Of a stretch of DNA of 54,017 bases, positions 39,894 to 50,105 are shown in pieces (the stretch's first letter is position 1; every line of letters begins with the position of its first letter). The DNA is from Candidatus Moraniibacteriota bacterium (GTDB lineage: Bacteria > Patescibacteriota > Minisyncoccia > Moranbacterales > UBA1568): contig CAINXS010000067.1 in the NCBI GenBank assembly GCA_903854995.1, positions 1-54,017 of the forward strand, given 5' to 3'. A program made the translations under genes and the position numbers. Below the pieces are notes generated by a model. The model searched no databases. It saw only the letters and a program-made list of their open reading frames with translations, and was not told where the DNA came from.

Positions 39894-40241
39894 ATGTCTC
39901 GAAGCCTCAAGAAAGGACCATACGTAGATCCGAGAGTGACTAAAAAGCTCGAGGGTCGAAAGATCGGTGACAAGACCGTCATCAAGACGTGGTCCCGAGC
40001 CTGCACGATCTCGCCGGAAATGGTCGGATTCACCTTCGGCGTCCACAACGGAAAGGATTTCATCCCGGTGTACGCGACGGAGGAGATGGTCGGCCACAAG
40101 CTCGGTGAGTTCTCTCCGACGAGGAAGTTCCAGCGGCATGGCGGCAAGATCCAGAAGGAAATGGATTCGGCGGCGAAACAGCGCGACCTCGAGGCGAACA
40201 AGGCGGCAAAGGCGGCAGCAGGAGGTCCGAAGAAGAAATAA
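39894..40241 (+). CDS. rpsS: 30S ribosomal protein uS19
   Basis: [21 protein letters not shown]. Confidence 0.98.
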   Translation: MSRSLKKGPYVDPRVTKKLEGRKIGDKTVIKTWSRACTISPEMVGFTFGVHNGKDFIPVYATEEMVGHKLGEFSPTRKFQRHGGKIQKEMDSAAKQRDLEANKAAKAAAGGPKKK

Positions 40242-40272
40242 TTCCAGGTGATTCGAATCTGAGAACACGGTT

Positions 40273-40803
40273 ATGCAGGTAACAGCAAGACTCAACAACC
40301 TGAAGATCGCCCCCCGGAAAGTCCGTCTCGTGGCTCATGTGATCAAGGGAATGTCCGCCGATGCGGCGCTCATCGAGCTTTCCAAGCAGGTGAAGCGTTC
40401 GTCGGAGCCCATGAGCAAGCTCCTTCGGAGCGCGATCGCGAACGCGGAGCACAACTTCGGGATCGATCCCTCGAACCTTTTCGTCCGTTCCGTCCTTGTG
40501 GGCGACGGCAAGCGCCTCAAACGCTGGCAGCCCCGGGCATTCGGACGGGCCAACCAAATCCTTCACCGTCTTTCGAACGTATCCCTCGTCGTAGAGGAGC
40601 GGATCGAAGGATTGAACCGCAAGGAGGTCCGGAGGGAGGAGGCGAAGAAGGCCACCCTGCCGAAAAAGACGAAGGAGACGGAAGGAAAGGTGGTCCTCGC
40701 GGCGGACGAACGGAAAGAGACGAAGAAGGACTCGTCCGTGAAACAGGAAATGAAGGAGAGAAAGAACGCCGTCAAACGGGTTTATCAGAGGAAATCGATC
40801 TAA
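40273..40803 (+). CDS. rplV: 50S ribosomal protein uL22 with C-terminal extension
   Basis: APRKVRLVA, SAIANAEHN, PRAFGRA. Confidence 0.97.
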   Translation: MQVTARLNNLKIAPRKVRLVAHVIKGMSADAALIELSKQVKRSSEPMSKLLRSAIANAEHNFGIDPSNLFVRSVLVGDGKRLKRWQPRAFGRANQILHRLSNVSLVVEERIEGLNRKEVRREEAKKATLPKKTKETEGKVVLAADERKETKKDSSVKQEMKERKNAVKRVYQRKSI

Positions 40804-40813
40804 CACACTCGCT

Positions 40814-41482
40814 ATGGGACAGAAGATTCATCCGATCGGGTTCCGGCTCGGCGTGACCGCGGGATGGAAATCGCGCTGGTTCGACTCGAGGAACTTCCAG
40901 AAGACGCTCCGCGAGGACGTCGAAATCCGTGAGTTCATCACGAGGAAGTGGAAGGCCGCCGCGATCGCCGACGTGCATATCGAACGCTCCGCGAACACGC
41001 TTCGGATCATCATCAACACTTCCCGCCCGGGCGTGCTTATCGGACGTGGCGGTACGGGAGTCGAGGACCTGACCCGTGTCATGAAAGCGCGATTCTTCCG
41101 CGGACGGAAAGTCGACCTCAAGATCGATATCATCGAGGTCAAGTCGCCGGACCAGAACGCCTCGCTGGTCGCACAGGCCGTCGCGGAACAGCTCGAGAAG
41201 CGTATGCCGTTCCGTCGGATACTCAAGGGTACGATCGAGACCATCATGAAGCAGCGTGAGGTGAAGGGGGCGAAGATCGAAATTTCCGGACGGCTCGGCG
41301 GCGCCGAAATGTCCCGTCGGGAATGGACTTCCAAGGGAGAGATTCCGCTTCATACGCTCCGCGCGGACATCGATTTCTCGAAAGCCGAAGCGAGGACGAC
41401 CTATGGGACGATCGGAGTGAAGGTCTGGATCAACAAGGGGGAGAAATTCGAGGATCGCGAGGCGAAGGAATCCGCGGAATAA
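40814..41482 (+). CDS. rpsC: 30S ribosomal protein uS3
   Basis: [30 protein letters not shown]. Confidence 0.99.
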   Translation: MGQKIHPIGFRLGVTAGWKSRWFDSRNFQKTLREDVEIREFITRKWKAAAIADVHIERSANTLRIIINTSRPGVLIGRGGTGVEDLTRVMKARFFRGRKVDLKIDIIEVKSPDQNASLVAQAVAEQLEKRMPFRRILKGTIETIMKQREVKGAKIEISGRLGGAEMSRREWTSKGEIPLHTLRADIDFSKAEARTTYGTIGVKVWINKGEKFEDREAKESAE

Positions 41483-41519
41483 GACCGAACGACGCTACAA
41501 GAAGATTGAAGACAACCGT

Positions 41520-41942
41520 ATGTTGCTCATGCCACGAAAAGTGAAACACCGGAAAGCCCATCGCGGCGGATGGCCGAAAGGCCCGACCGACAAAGGGGCT
41601 CGCGTCAGCTTCGGAAGCTTCGGCCTGAAGGCCATGGAGACCGGGCTCATCTCCGCGAGGCAAATCGAGGCGGCACGACGTGCCATCACTCGGCATATCC
41701 TCCGCGGCGGAAAGGTCTGGATCCGCATTTTCCCGGACAAGCCGATCACCAAGAAGGGTGAGCAGACCCCGATGGGTAAGGGAAAGGGAAGTGTCGACCA
41801 CTATGTGGCGAAGGTACAGGCCGGAAAGGTGCTCTTCGAACTCGACGGCGTTTCGCGGGAGGCGGCGGCGGAAGCGATGCGGCTTGCGTCACACAAGCTG
41901 TCGGTAAAGACGAAGTTCGTCGACCGACACGGAACCGAATAA
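41520..41942 (+). CDS. rplP: 50S ribosomal protein uL16
   Basis: [24 protein letters not shown]. Confidence 0.98.
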   Translation: MLLMPRKVKHRKAHRGGWPKGPTDKGARVSFGSFGLKAMETGLISARQIEAARRAITRHILRGGKVWIRIFPDKPITKKGEQTPMGKGKGSVDHYVAKVQAGKVLFELDGVSREAAAEAMRLASHKLSVKTKFVDRHGTE

Positions 41943-41952
41943 GGGCAACCGT

Positions 41953-42147
41953 ATGAAGATGAAAGAACTCCGTGAGAAAAGCCGTGGTGAGCGCGAGAAA
42001 CTCCTTCTCGACCTCCGAACGAAGGTCCGCGAACTCCGGTTCTCGGTCGCCGGACGGGAGACGAAGAATCACCGCGAATATCGGGCCCTGAAAAAGGACG
42101 TCGCACGGGTGATGACCCTCGGGCACGAAGAGGAATTAAACGCATAG
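41953..42147 (+). CDS. rpmC: 50S ribosomal protein uL29
   Basis: KELREKS...LRF...KKDVARVMT; operon position. Confidence 0.93.
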   Translation: MKMKELREKSRGEREKLLLDLRTKVRELRFSVAGRETKNHREYRALKKDVARVMTLGHEEELNA

Positions 42148-42154
42148 AAGACCT

Positions 42155-42427
42155 ATGGCAACCACGAAGCAGACAACCGAACAAACGACCTCGAAGGCGC
42201 CGACGCTGCGTGGGACCGTGACGAGCGCCAAAGCGGCGAAGACGATCACGGTCGAGGTGAAGACCCTCAAGGTCCATCCGAAGTACGGGAAGCGGTACCG
42301 CTCCTCGAAGAAGTACCTCGTGCATGCGCCGGAAGGGACATACGCGGAGGGCGATACGGTGACGTTCCGCGAGTGCCGACCGCTTTCCAGCAGGAAGAGA
42401 CACGAGGTGGTCACGGACGCGAAGTAA
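42155..42427 (+). CDS. rpsQ: 30S ribosomal protein uS17
   Basis: KTITV, HPKYGK, ECRPLS. Confidence 0.97.
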   Translation: MATTKQTTEQTTSKAPTLRGTVTSAKAAKTITVEVKTLKVHPKYGKRYRSSKKYLVHAPEGTYAEGDTVTFRECRPLSSRKRHEVVTDAK

Positions 42428-42453
42428 GTCATGAAGACGGCTGAAGCACGCAT

Positions 42454-42825
42454 ATGATACAGGCAGAAACACGGCTCAGAGTGGCCGACAATTCCGGAGC
42501 GAAGGTGATCGAGTGCTTCAAGGTGCTCGGTGGGACGAGACGACGCTATGCCGCCATCGGTGATATCGTGGTCGCGTCCGTGAAATCCGCCGAACCGCGT
42601 GGCGCGGTGAAGAAGGGCGACAAGGTTCGGGCCGTTATCGTCCGACAGACGCGGGAGTATCGCCGGAAGGACAACTCCTATATCCGATTCGACGAGAACG
42701 CCGCGGTCATCCTCGATGCGAACGGCGTCGATCCGAAGGGTACCCGTATTTTCGGTCCGGTCGCGCGCGAGCTTCGCGAAAAGGGATTCTCGAAGATCGT
42801 CTCGCTTGCGCAGGAGGTGCTCTAA
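42454..42825 (+). CDS. rplN: 50S ribosomal protein uL14
   Basis: [27 protein letters not shown]. Confidence 0.99.
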   Translation: MIQAETRLRVADNSGAKVIECFKVLGGTRRRYAAIGDIVVASVKSAEPRGAVKKGDKVRAVIVRQTREYRRKDNSYIRFDENAAVILDANGVDPKGTRIFGPVARELREKGFSKIVSLAQEVL

Positions 42826-42828
42826 CGT

Positions 42829-42947
42829 AAGCTTCCGTAGCTTCGAGAGCTTCATAAGCTTCGTTCGAAAGAAAGAAGTTGATGAGGCTTAAGAAGTTGG
42901 GAGCCGGGAAGCTTGGAAGCTCGAGGAAGCTAATGAAGCTAACGAAG
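42829..42947. repeat. paired inverted ~9-nt arrays (AGCTTC units, then GAAGCT units)
   Basis: AGCTTC four times at 9-nt spacing, followed by multiple GAAGCT/GAAGTT units. Confidence 0.85.
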
Positions 42948-42955
42948 TCAGGATT

Positions 42956-43261
42956 ATGAAACTGAAGAAAGGAGACGAAATCGAGGTGATCGCCGGAAAG
43001 GACCGCGGAAAGCGCGGGAAGGTTTCGAGCATCATCACCAAGGAAGACAAGGTGATCGTCGAGGGCGTGAACGTCATGACGAAGCACGTCAAGGCGGGGC
43101 GTGACGGAAGCAAGGGAGAGCGTATCGAGAGGCCGTTCCCGATACATGTCTCGAACGTGATGCTTGTCTGCCCCCATACCGGAAAGCCGACGCGCGTCGG
43201 ATATGCCGTCGAGGGCGGGGAGAAGGTCCGTGTGAGCCGGCGTTCCGGCAAGGCGATCTAA
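42956..43261 (+). CDS. rplX: 50S ribosomal protein uL24
   Basis: KKGDEIEVIAGKDRGK, PIHVSNV. Confidence 0.98.
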   Translation: MKLKKGDEIEVIAGKDRGKRGKVSSIITKEDKVIVEGVNVMTKHVKAGRDGSKGERIERPFPIHVSNVMLVCPHTGKPTRVGYAVEGGEKVRVSRRSGKAI

Positions 43262-43292
43262 CGAGAGCGATTATCCGAACAACCGATTGAGT

Positions 43293-43847
43293 ATGAACCA
43301 GCCGATCATGAAAACGAAATACCGGGAAATCCTTCCGGAGCTCGGAACAGCCCTGGGTGCGAAGAACGCGCTGGCTCTTCCGCGTATCATGAAGGTGACG
43401 GTGAACGTCGGAATCGGGAAGTTCCAGAAGGAGCAGGCCCGTGTCGATGAGATACTTGCGGCATTGACGGCCATCACCGGGCAGAAGCCGGTCCTCGCCA
43501 AGGCGCGCAAGGCCATCGCCGGCTTCAAGATCCGTGAAGGACTCGAAGTCGGTACGCGAGTGACGCTTCGCGGTCGCCGCATGTGGCAGTTCCTCGATCG
43601 GTTCTTCTACGCGACGCTTCCCCGAACCCGTGACTTCCAGGGTATTCCGGTTTCCTCGGTGGACGCCTCCGGGAACTGCAATATCGGACTTCGGGAGCAT
43701 ATGATCTTTCCGGAAGTCGTTCCCGAAAAGGTGCAGACGGTCTTCGGTCTCCAGGTCACGATAACGACGACGGCGAAGAATCGGGAAGGCGGACTGGAGC
43801 TGTTCCGGAAACTCGGACTCCCGTTCCGGACCGAGGAAACTAAGTAA
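43293..43847 (+). CDS. rplE: 50S ribosomal protein uL5
   Basis: ITGQKP, FKIREG, VTLRG, LPRTRDFQG. Confidence 0.98.
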   Translation: MNQPIMKTKYREILPELGTALGAKNALALPRIMKVTVNVGIGKFQKEQARVDEILAALTAITGQKPVLAKARKAIAGFKIREGLEVGTRVTLRGRRMWQFLDRFFYATLPRTRDFQGIPVSSVDASGNCNIGLREHMIFPEVVPEKVQTVFGLQVTITTTAKNREGGLELFRKLGLPFRTEETK

Positions 43848-43871
43848 CGACGACCCCTAAATGTATCTCTT

Positions 43872-44057
43872 ATGGCGAAGACTTCAGTAATAGCGAGGGC
43901 ACTCAAGCATCCGAAGTTCTCCACGCGCATCGTGAGGCGGTGCTGGAAGTGTGGTCGGAAGCACGGGTATCTCCGCCGCTACGATCTCTGCCGGATCTGC
44001 TTCCGTGAACTCGCGTCGAAAGGCGAGATTCCGGGAGTCAGGAAATCCTCGTGGTAA
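43872..44057 (+). CDS. rpsN: 30S ribosomal protein uS14 (Zn-binding type Z)
   Basis: [23 protein letters not shown]. Confidence 0.98.
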   Translation: MAKTSVIARALKHPKFSTRIVRRCWKCGRKHGYLRRYDLCRICFRELASKGEIPGVRKSSW

Positions 44058-44149
44058 TCGGGATCGGTTTCCAGGTCCGACCCTTCGGGAAGCGAAGAGG
44101 GGCTCGGAAACGGGAAGTCGATGAATGCTATACAGTAAGAACCTAGACT

Positions 44150-44560
44150 ATGTTGGACCCAATCGCAGACATGCTCACCAGGATTCGAAACGCGCAGCGC
44201 GCCGGACACAAGACGGTCTCGGTGCCCGCTTCGAAGCTGAAGTTCGCCATCGCGGAGACGCTCCTTTCGCGCGGTTTCATCGAGGCCGTCGAGAAGCAGC
44301 GTGACGAGACCGGAAAGAAGGAATCCCTCGAGATCACGCTCAAGTACGTCGAGCGGTCGTTGCTTCGACGTGATCCGGCCATCATCGGGATACGACGTAT
44401 CAGCAAGGAGGGATGCCGCGTGTACGCGAAGAAGGGCGAGATCCGCAAGGTGAAGAACGGATACGGCCTGGCGATCGTCTCGACCTCGAAGGGCGTGATG
44501 AGCGGTGAGGAGGCGTATACCAAAGGACTCGGAGGAGAGTATATCTGTGAGGTCTGGTAA
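44150..44560 (+). CDS. rpsH: 30S ribosomal protein uS8
   Basis: DPIADMLTRIRNA, IVSTSKGVM, GGE. Confidence 0.98.
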   Translation: MLDPIADMLTRIRNAQRAGHKTVSVPASKLKFAIAETLLSRGFIEAVEKQRDETGKKESLEITLKYVERSLLRRDPAIIGIRRISKEGCRVYAKKGEIRKVKNGYGLAIVSTSKGVMSGEEAYTKGLGGEYICEVW

Positions 44561-44662
44561 TATTCAAGTCGAAAGTCTAAAAGTCAAAAGTCGAAAGTCA
44601 CGAGCGGACAGGCTTGGGATCGGCGGAATGACTGAGAAGATAATGAAGCTAATGAAGCCGTT

Positions 44663-45199
44663 ATGAGTCGAATAGGAAAAAAACCGGTTCACGTCACGAA
44701 GGGCGTTGAGGCATCCGTGAAGGCGAACGTCGTGACCGTAAAGGGCCCGAAAGGTGAGCTTTCCTTCGCGCATCATATCGATGTCGAGGTCGCTCTCGCG
44801 GAAGAGACGTTTACCGTGACCAAGCGAGGCGAGTCGAAACGCGCTGCGGCCGTCTGGGGAACGACCGCCAAGGTGCTTTCGAACATGATCGAAGGTGTAA
44901 CGAACGGTTTTCAGAAGCAGCTCGAGCTCAACGGCGTCGGATACCGTATGGCGGTCGCGGGAAAGAAGATCAATCTCGCGCTCGGTTTCTCTCATCCGGT
45001 CGAGGTGGCCATTCCGGCAGGCATCGAGGCGAAGATCGAGGGAAACGTCTTGACGATAACCGGCATCGACAAGCGGGCGGTCGGACAGTTCGCCGCGGAA
45101 ATCCGTCGCCTGAAACCGGTGGAACCGTACAAGGGGAAAGGCTTCAAGTACGTCGGCGAAATCGTCCGTCGGAAGGAAGGGAAGAAGTCATCTTCCTAA
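44663..45199 (+). CDS. rplF: 50S ribosomal protein uL6
   Basis: MSRIGKKP, GVGYR, LGFSHP, EPYKGKG. Confidence 0.99.
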   Translation: MSRIGKKPVHVTKGVEASVKANVVTVKGPKGELSFAHHIDVEVALAEETFTVTKRGESKRAAAVWGTTAKVLSNMIEGVTNGFQKQLELNGVGYRMAVAGKKINLALGFSHPVEVAIPAGIEAKIEGNVLTITGIDKRAVGQFAAEIRRLKPVEPYKGKGFKYVGEIVRRKEGKKSSS

Positions 45200-45227
45200 T
45201 CGTGAATAGATTGTTTTTCATACGCAT

Positions 45228-45584
45228 ATGCTGAAGCAGATACTGAGGAACCAGGAACGGAGAAGGCGGGCGCGTCGCGTGCGCGCGAAGGTGTCCGGCA
45301 CCGCCGAGCGGCCGAGACTTTCGGTTTTCCGGAGTCTTCGGAACCTGACCGTCCAGGTCATCGACGATATTTCCGGGAAAACGGTCCTGGCCGTCAGCAT
45401 CCGCGATTTGGGAAAGGACGCGAAGAACACCGTCGAAAGCGCCGTTCTTCTCGGGAAGAAAGTCGGCGAGAAGTGTCTCGCTGCCGGCATCCAGACGGTC
45501 GTGTTCGATCGTTCCGGATATCGTTATCACGGGAAGGTGAAGGCCGTTGCCGATGGGGCGCGCGAGGCCGGACTCCGGTTCTAA
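45228..45584 (+). CDS. rplR: 50S ribosomal protein uL18
   Basis: RPRLSVFRS, FDRSGYRYHGKV. Confidence 0.98.
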   Translation: MLKQILRNQERRRRARRVRAKVSGTAERPRLSVFRSLRNLTVQVIDDISGKTVLAVSIRDLGKDAKNTVESAVLLGKKVGEKCLAAGIQTVVFDRSGYRYHGKVKAVADGAREAGLRF

Positions 45585-45602
45585 GCAATTCCGAACAACG
45601 TT

Positions 45603-46157
45603 ATGGCAATGAAACAACAGTCGAAGGGACGGCGCGGCGGCGGACGCCGGGAAAAGCCGGAATATGATCAGAAACTTCTGTCGCTCGCGCGCGTGACCCG
45701 CGTCGTGAAAGGCGGTCGCCGGTTCCGTTTCCGCGCGACACTCGTGATTGGGAACCGCAACGGAAAGGTCGGCGTCGGCGTCGCAAAGGGAAACGATGTC
45801 TCGGATGCCATCCAGAAGGCCTTCAACGACGCGAAGAAGAACATCGTCTCGGTTCCGCTCGTCAACGGGACAATCGCCCATGACGTGTACGCGAAGGAAG
45901 GCAGCGCGAAGGTACTTCTCAAACCGGGTAAGGAGGGTCGCGGACTCATCGCCGGCGGGGCGGTCCGTGCCGTGTCCGATCTGCTCGGGGTGAAGGATAT
46001 CGTCTCTAAGTCGCTCGGCTCCTCGAACGCGCTCAATCTCTCCCGCGCCACGGTCCGCGCGTTCGGTCAGCTCAAGAACGAACCGCCTGCGGCCAAGGAA
46101 GTCTCGACCGAGACCGAAGCCAAGGCCGAAGCGCCGTCGACCGAATCGAACCAGTAA
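45603..46157 (+). CDS. rpsE: 30S ribosomal protein uS5
   Basis: RVTRVVKGGRRFRF, IAGGAVRAV, KSLGSSN. Confidence 0.98.
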   Translation: MAMKQQSKGRRGGGRREKPEYDQKLLSLARVTRVVKGGRRFRFRATLVIGNRNGKVGVGVAKGNDVSDAIQKAFNDAKKNIVSVPLVNGTIAHDVYAKEGSAKVLLKPGKEGRGLIAGGAVRAVSDLLGVKDIVSKSLGSSNALNLSRATVRAFGQLKNEPPAAKEVSTETEAKAEAPSTESNQ

Positions 46158-46169
46158 GAGAAGAACCGT

Positions 46170-46610
46170 ATGCAGATCCATTCCTTATCCGTCGAGAAGA
46201 AGCCGGGACGCAAGCGTGTCGGCCGTGGTGGTAACCGGGGCAAGACCGCCGGACGCGGAACGAAGGGACAGAAATCCCGTTCCGGAGCCTCCGTCGATCC
46301 GCTGTTCGAAGGCGGACGATCTTCAATCATCGATCGCTTGAAAAAGGTGAAGGGATTCAAATCCCCGCACGCGAAGCGCGTCACATTGACCCTTTCCTTT
46401 CTCGAGCGACATTTCGACGCCGGCCAGGAAGTCAGCCGGGAAACGTTGCTCGCGAAGAAGCTGTTCTCGCCTAAGTGCGTGACCGGCGGATTCAAGGTCG
46501 TCGGGGGTGGAGAACTTTCCAAGGCGCTCGTCTTTGATTCCCGTATCCGCTTTTCCGATACCGCGCTCGAGGCCGTGAAGAAAGTCGGGGGGACTATCCG
46601 TGAGGACTAG
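46170..46610 (+). CDS. rplO: 50S ribosomal protein uL15
   Basis: RVGRGG..GKTAGRGTKGQKSRSG, FEGG. Confidence 0.98.
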   Translation: MQIHSLSVEKKPGRKRVGRGGNRGKTAGRGTKGQKSRSGASVDPLFEGGRSSIIDRLKKVKGFKSPHAKRVTLTLSFLERHFDAGQEVSRETLLAKKLFSPKCVTGGFKVVGGGELSKALVFDSRIRFSDTALEAVKKVGGTIRED

Positions 46611-46651
46611 TTTTCCGCTATACTGGGAACGTAACCCTTTCCGATACCCTC

Positions 46652-47923
46652 ATGATGCGCGCGTTCCGACAGGTATTCGCCGTCTCCGAACTCCGGGAGA
46701 AGATTCTCTTCATCCTCGGAGTTCTTGTCGTATACCGATTTGCCGCCAATATTCCGATGCCGGGAGTCAATATGGCCGTCCTTTCGAACCTCTTCGATCA
46801 GAACAGCATGCTCGGACTCCTGAATGCCTTTTCCGGAGGTGGCTTGAAGGGCGTTTCCGTCGTCATTCTCGGAGTGGCGCCGTACATTTCCGCTTCCATC
46901 ATCATGCAGCTTCTGACCATGGCCGTACCGGCGTTGGAACGGATCCAGAAGGAAGAGGGTGAGGCCGGTCGCCGAAAATTTACGATGTGGACGAGATGGA
47001 TCACTCTGCCACTCGCGGCCGTACAGGCGTTCGGCATGATCACCCTGCTCAAATCGCAGGGAGTCATCGCGGTGTCGTCTCCGGCGACGCTCGCGGTGAT
47101 GATCGTGACAGCCGTGGCCGGAACGGTCTTTCTCATGTGGCTCGGCGAGCTCATAACCGAGAAGGGTCTTGGAAACGGCGTTTCCATGATGATTTTCGCC
47201 GGCATCATCGCCGGACTGCCGGTATCGTTCGCTAGGTTCCTCTCGACATGGGACCCGGCTCAAATCTTTTCCTACCTGCTTTTCCTCGCGGTCGCCGTCA
47301 TAACGATCGCGGGAGTCGTTTTCGTGAACGACGGACAGCGGGTCATTCCGGTGTCATATGCGAAACGGATGCGCGGGGCCCGGGTATACGGCGGGGCGTC
47401 GACCCATCTGCCGCTCCGGGTGAACCAGGCCGGCGTCATTCCGATCATCTTCGCCGTGTCGATCATCCTGATTCCGAAAATGGCGGCGAGCTACCTTTCG
47501 CAGTCGGGGTCCGGTCGCGTCGCCGACATCGCCTTCGCGGTCAACGCGTTCCTGGCCGATCAGTGGGTCTACGCCGGACTGTATTTCCTCCTGGTCGTCG
47601 TCTTCACGTATTTCTATACGGCCGTCGTCTTCGATCCGTTCAAAATCGCGGAAAACCTTCAGAAACAGGGAGGATTCATTCCGGGAATCCGTCCCGGAAC
47701 CGCTACGGCGGAATATCTCGGGCGCGTCATCAATCGTATCACGCTCGGAGGGGCGTTGTTCCTCGGCGTCATCGCGGTTCTGCCGTCCGTCATCCAGAAC
47801 GTGACGAACATCCAGTCGCTCACCCTCGGAGGCGTGTCGATACTCATCGTGGTGTCCGTCGTGCTCGAGCTCATGAAGCACGTCGAAGGGCAGCTTTCCA
47901 TGCGCAGCTACGAAGGGTTTTAG
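46652..47923 (+). CDS. secY: preprotein translocase subunit SecY
   Basis: LGVAPYISASIIMQLL, WLGELITEKGLGNG, AGVIPIIFA, FIPGIRPG. Confidence 0.99.
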   Translation: MMRAFRQVFAVSELREKILFILGVLVVYRFAANIPMPGVNMAVLSNLFDQNSMLGLLNAFSGGGLKGVSVVILGVAPYISASIIMQLLTMAVPALERIQKEEGEAGRRKFTMWTRWITLPLAAVQAFGMITLLKSQGVIAVSSPATLAVMIVTAVAGTVFLMWLGELITEKGLGNGVSMMIFAGIIAGLPVSFARFLSTWDPAQIFSYLLFLAVAVITIAGVVFVNDGQRVIPVSYAKRMRGARVYGGASTHLPLRVNQAGVIPIIFAVSIILIPKMAASYLSQSGSGRVADIAFAVNAFLADQWVYAGLYFLLVVVFTYFYTAVVFDPFKIAENLQKQGGFIPGIRPGTATAEYLGRVINRITLGGALFLGVIAVLPSVIQNVTNIQSLTLGGVSILIVVSVVLELMKHVEGQLSMRSYEGF

Positions 47924-48033
47924 ACTGTCAAAAAAGTCGATAGTCTGAAAGTCGGAAGTCCGAACGTCAGGAGACGAAATCGTACGTGTGGTCTGTCCGG
48001 GCTTTTGACGTGTAACTTATGACTGGTGACATT

Positions 48034-48699
48034 ATGGATTCTCATCCGGACGCCTATATCCTTCTCGGGCCGCCGGGGAGCGGAAAAAGCACTCAAGCGG
48101 ACCTTTTTGGCCGCGAGTTCGGAGCCGCGCACATCGATATGGGGGCCGCATTGCGGGCCGCCGCCGGAGAACGGACTCCGTTCGGCGAGGCTCTTTCCGA
48201 TATTATCAACAAACGTCGGGAACTCGTGCCTGACGGGATTGTCCGTTCCATCCTGGAGAACGAACTGAAGCGCGTCGGCCCGTCGCGACCGGTGGTCATA
48301 GACGGCGCGCCTCGGCGCGAGAGCCAGATTCAGGCGGTACTGTCGGCGATTCACGGATCCGGTCGGGAGCTTCGGAAAGCTATTTTTATCGATCTGTCGG
48401 AAGCGGGGTCGGTCGAGCGAATCTCGAAACGATTTTCTTGCGCCTCGTGCGGAAGGAAGCTCATACTCGGCTCCGACCTGCCGGCGGCGGGCGGGCCCTG
48501 TCCGTTCTGTGGAGGAGTCGCTTCCCAGCGGGCGGATGATACGGAAGACGGGGTCCGGACACGTTATCGCATATTCCGCGAAGAGACGATGCCGGTCATA
48601 TCGCATTTCAAGGAAGAGGGGACGTTGCTTCATATTCCCGGCGACCAGGCATCCGACGCGATTTTCAAGGAAATACTGAGTGCACTCGAAACGGTATGA
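48034..48699 (+). CDS. adk: adenylate kinase (Cys-rich LID)
   Basis: LGPPGSGKSTQA, LVPD, IDGAPR, CASC...CPFC, QRADD; follows secY. Confidence 0.9.
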   Translation: MDSHPDAYILLGPPGSGKSTQADLFGREFGAAHIDMGAALRAAAGERTPFGEALSDIINKRRELVPDGIVRSILENELKRVGPSRPVVIDGAPRRESQIQAVLSAIHGSGRELRKAIFIDLSEAGSVERISKRFSCASCGRKLILGSDLPAAGGPCPFCGGVASQRADDTEDGVRTRYRIFREETMPVISHFKEEGTLLHIPGDQASDAIFKEILSALETV

Positions 48700-49475
48700 A
48701 CGAATTCATCAAAACCGAATTGGAGCTCGAAAATATCCGCGAATCAGGGGCCAGGCTTGCCGCGGTCATGGAGGAGCTTCTTTTTGCCGCCGTTCCCGGT
48801 GTTTCGACCGGTGCCATCGGCGATATGGCCGAAGAACTTATTCGAAAACAGGGCGGTATACCGATTTTCAAGGGATATGGAGCGGAATGGGGGAAGCCGT
48901 TTCCGGCGGCCGTCTGTGTCTCTCTTAACGACGAAGTCGTTCATGGTATCCCGTCATCCGACCGCATTCTCAAGGAGGGCGATCTGTTGAAGCTCGATCT
49001 CGGTATGATGTTTCAGGGAATGGTTTCGGACATGGCCCGTACGAAAGCGATCGGTACGGTCTCGGCGGAGGCGGCCCGATTGCTTTCGGTCACGCGCGAG
49101 TCTCTTGATCGCGGTATCGCCAAGATCCGTTCCGGGGCAAAACTGTCCGATTTCGCGATGGCAGTGGATCGCAGGGTTCGCCAAGACGGTTTTTCCGTTG
49201 TTCGGGACCTTGTCGGGCATGGGGTCGGTCGAGAATTGCACGAGGATCCGCAGATTCCGAACTATTTCGATCAGGGTATGCCGGATTTTTCCTTTCGGAA
49301 GGGGATGACCGTCGCGCTGGAACCGATGGTGAACGTCGGCGGGCATTCGATCCGCCTCGCGAAGGACGGATGGACGTATGTGACGCGTGACGGGAGCCTG
49401 TCGGCACACTTCGAAGACACCGTGATCGTCACGGAGCGCGGAACGGAGATCGTGACGAGACGAATAGGCAGATAA
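48696..49475 (+). CDS. map: type I methionine aminopeptidase
   Basis: SLNDEVVHGIP, GHGVGRELHEDP, ALEPMV, SAHFEDT. Confidence 0.98.
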   Translation: MNEFIKTELELENIRESGARLAAVMEELLFAAVPGVSTGAIGDMAEELIRKQGGIPIFKGYGAEWGKPFPAAVCVSLNDEVVHGIPSSDRILKEGDLLKLDLGMMFQGMVSDMARTKAIGTVSAEAARLLSVTRESLDRGIAKIRSGAKLSDFAMAVDRRVRQDGFSVVRDLVGHGVGRELHEDPQIPNYFDQGMPDFSFRKGMTVALEPMVNVGGHSIRLAKDGWTYVTRDGSLSAHFEDTVIVTERGTEIVTRRIGR

Positions 49476-49577
49476 CGTTAACAGAGAGCAGTTAACATAA
49501 GACACACGACAGGAGTCATATTGAGCGGTCTCCGTTCCCGCTCCCTCGTTATCTGCTCGCTGTTTACTGATATTGAT

Positions 49578-49982
49578 ATGGGTGAAAACTATCTCGGTAT
49601 CGATTGGGGGGCGTCGTACGTCGGTATCGCTTTCTCCGACTCGGAAACGCGGATGGCGTTCGCGGTGTGCGCGATCAGAAACGATAAGACGCTTCTTGCC
49701 AAACTCGGCGAGCTGTTTTCGGAGCGGGAAATCGGTACCGTCGTCATAGGTATTCCGTCGCACGTGAATCGTCAGGATGCCGTATACGGAGGCGAGATCC
49801 TCGGTGAAGCGATCCGCAAGGAATTCCTGTCGATCCGAATCGAATTTCAGGACGAGATGTTCACGACGAAGATGGCATCTGCGAATCTTCGCGAACATGG
49901 GATCCGGAACATCGCCCGATTCGACGATCAGGAGGCGGCGCGCATCATCTTGCAGGAGTGGCTGGATTCCAGGAATACATGA
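49578..49982 (+). CDS. YqgF/RuvX family nuclease
   Basis: YLGIDWG..VGIAFSD, VVIGIP, DEMFTT, DDQEAARIILQ. Confidence 0.93.
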   Translation: MGENYLGIDWGASYVGIAFSDSETRMAFAVCAIRNDKTLLAKLGELFSEREIGTVVIGIPSHVNRQDAVYGGEILGEAIRKEFLSIRIEFQDEMFTTKMASANLREHGIRNIARFDDQEAARIILQEWLDSRNT

Positions 49983-50051
49983 CCGTCTGATTCTGATTTC
50001 GTCATAGTTTTAAGGCTCTTTAAAGCCATTTTCTTTCGACTTTTCCCATTT

Positions 50052-50095
50052 CAACAAAAAACCGCCCAATGCCGTTCGGGCGGTTTTTTTTGTTG
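50052..50095. terminator. bidirectional terminator
   Basis: CAACAAAAAACCGCCC...GGGCGGTTTTTTTTGTTG between convergent genes. Confidence 0.85.
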
Positions 50096-50105
50096 CTTCA
50101 GGCAG

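Noticed and set aside
49476-50105. Missing infA-rpmJ-rpsM after map as gene loss
   Set aside because: Most likely an operon break; cannot be judged from this window
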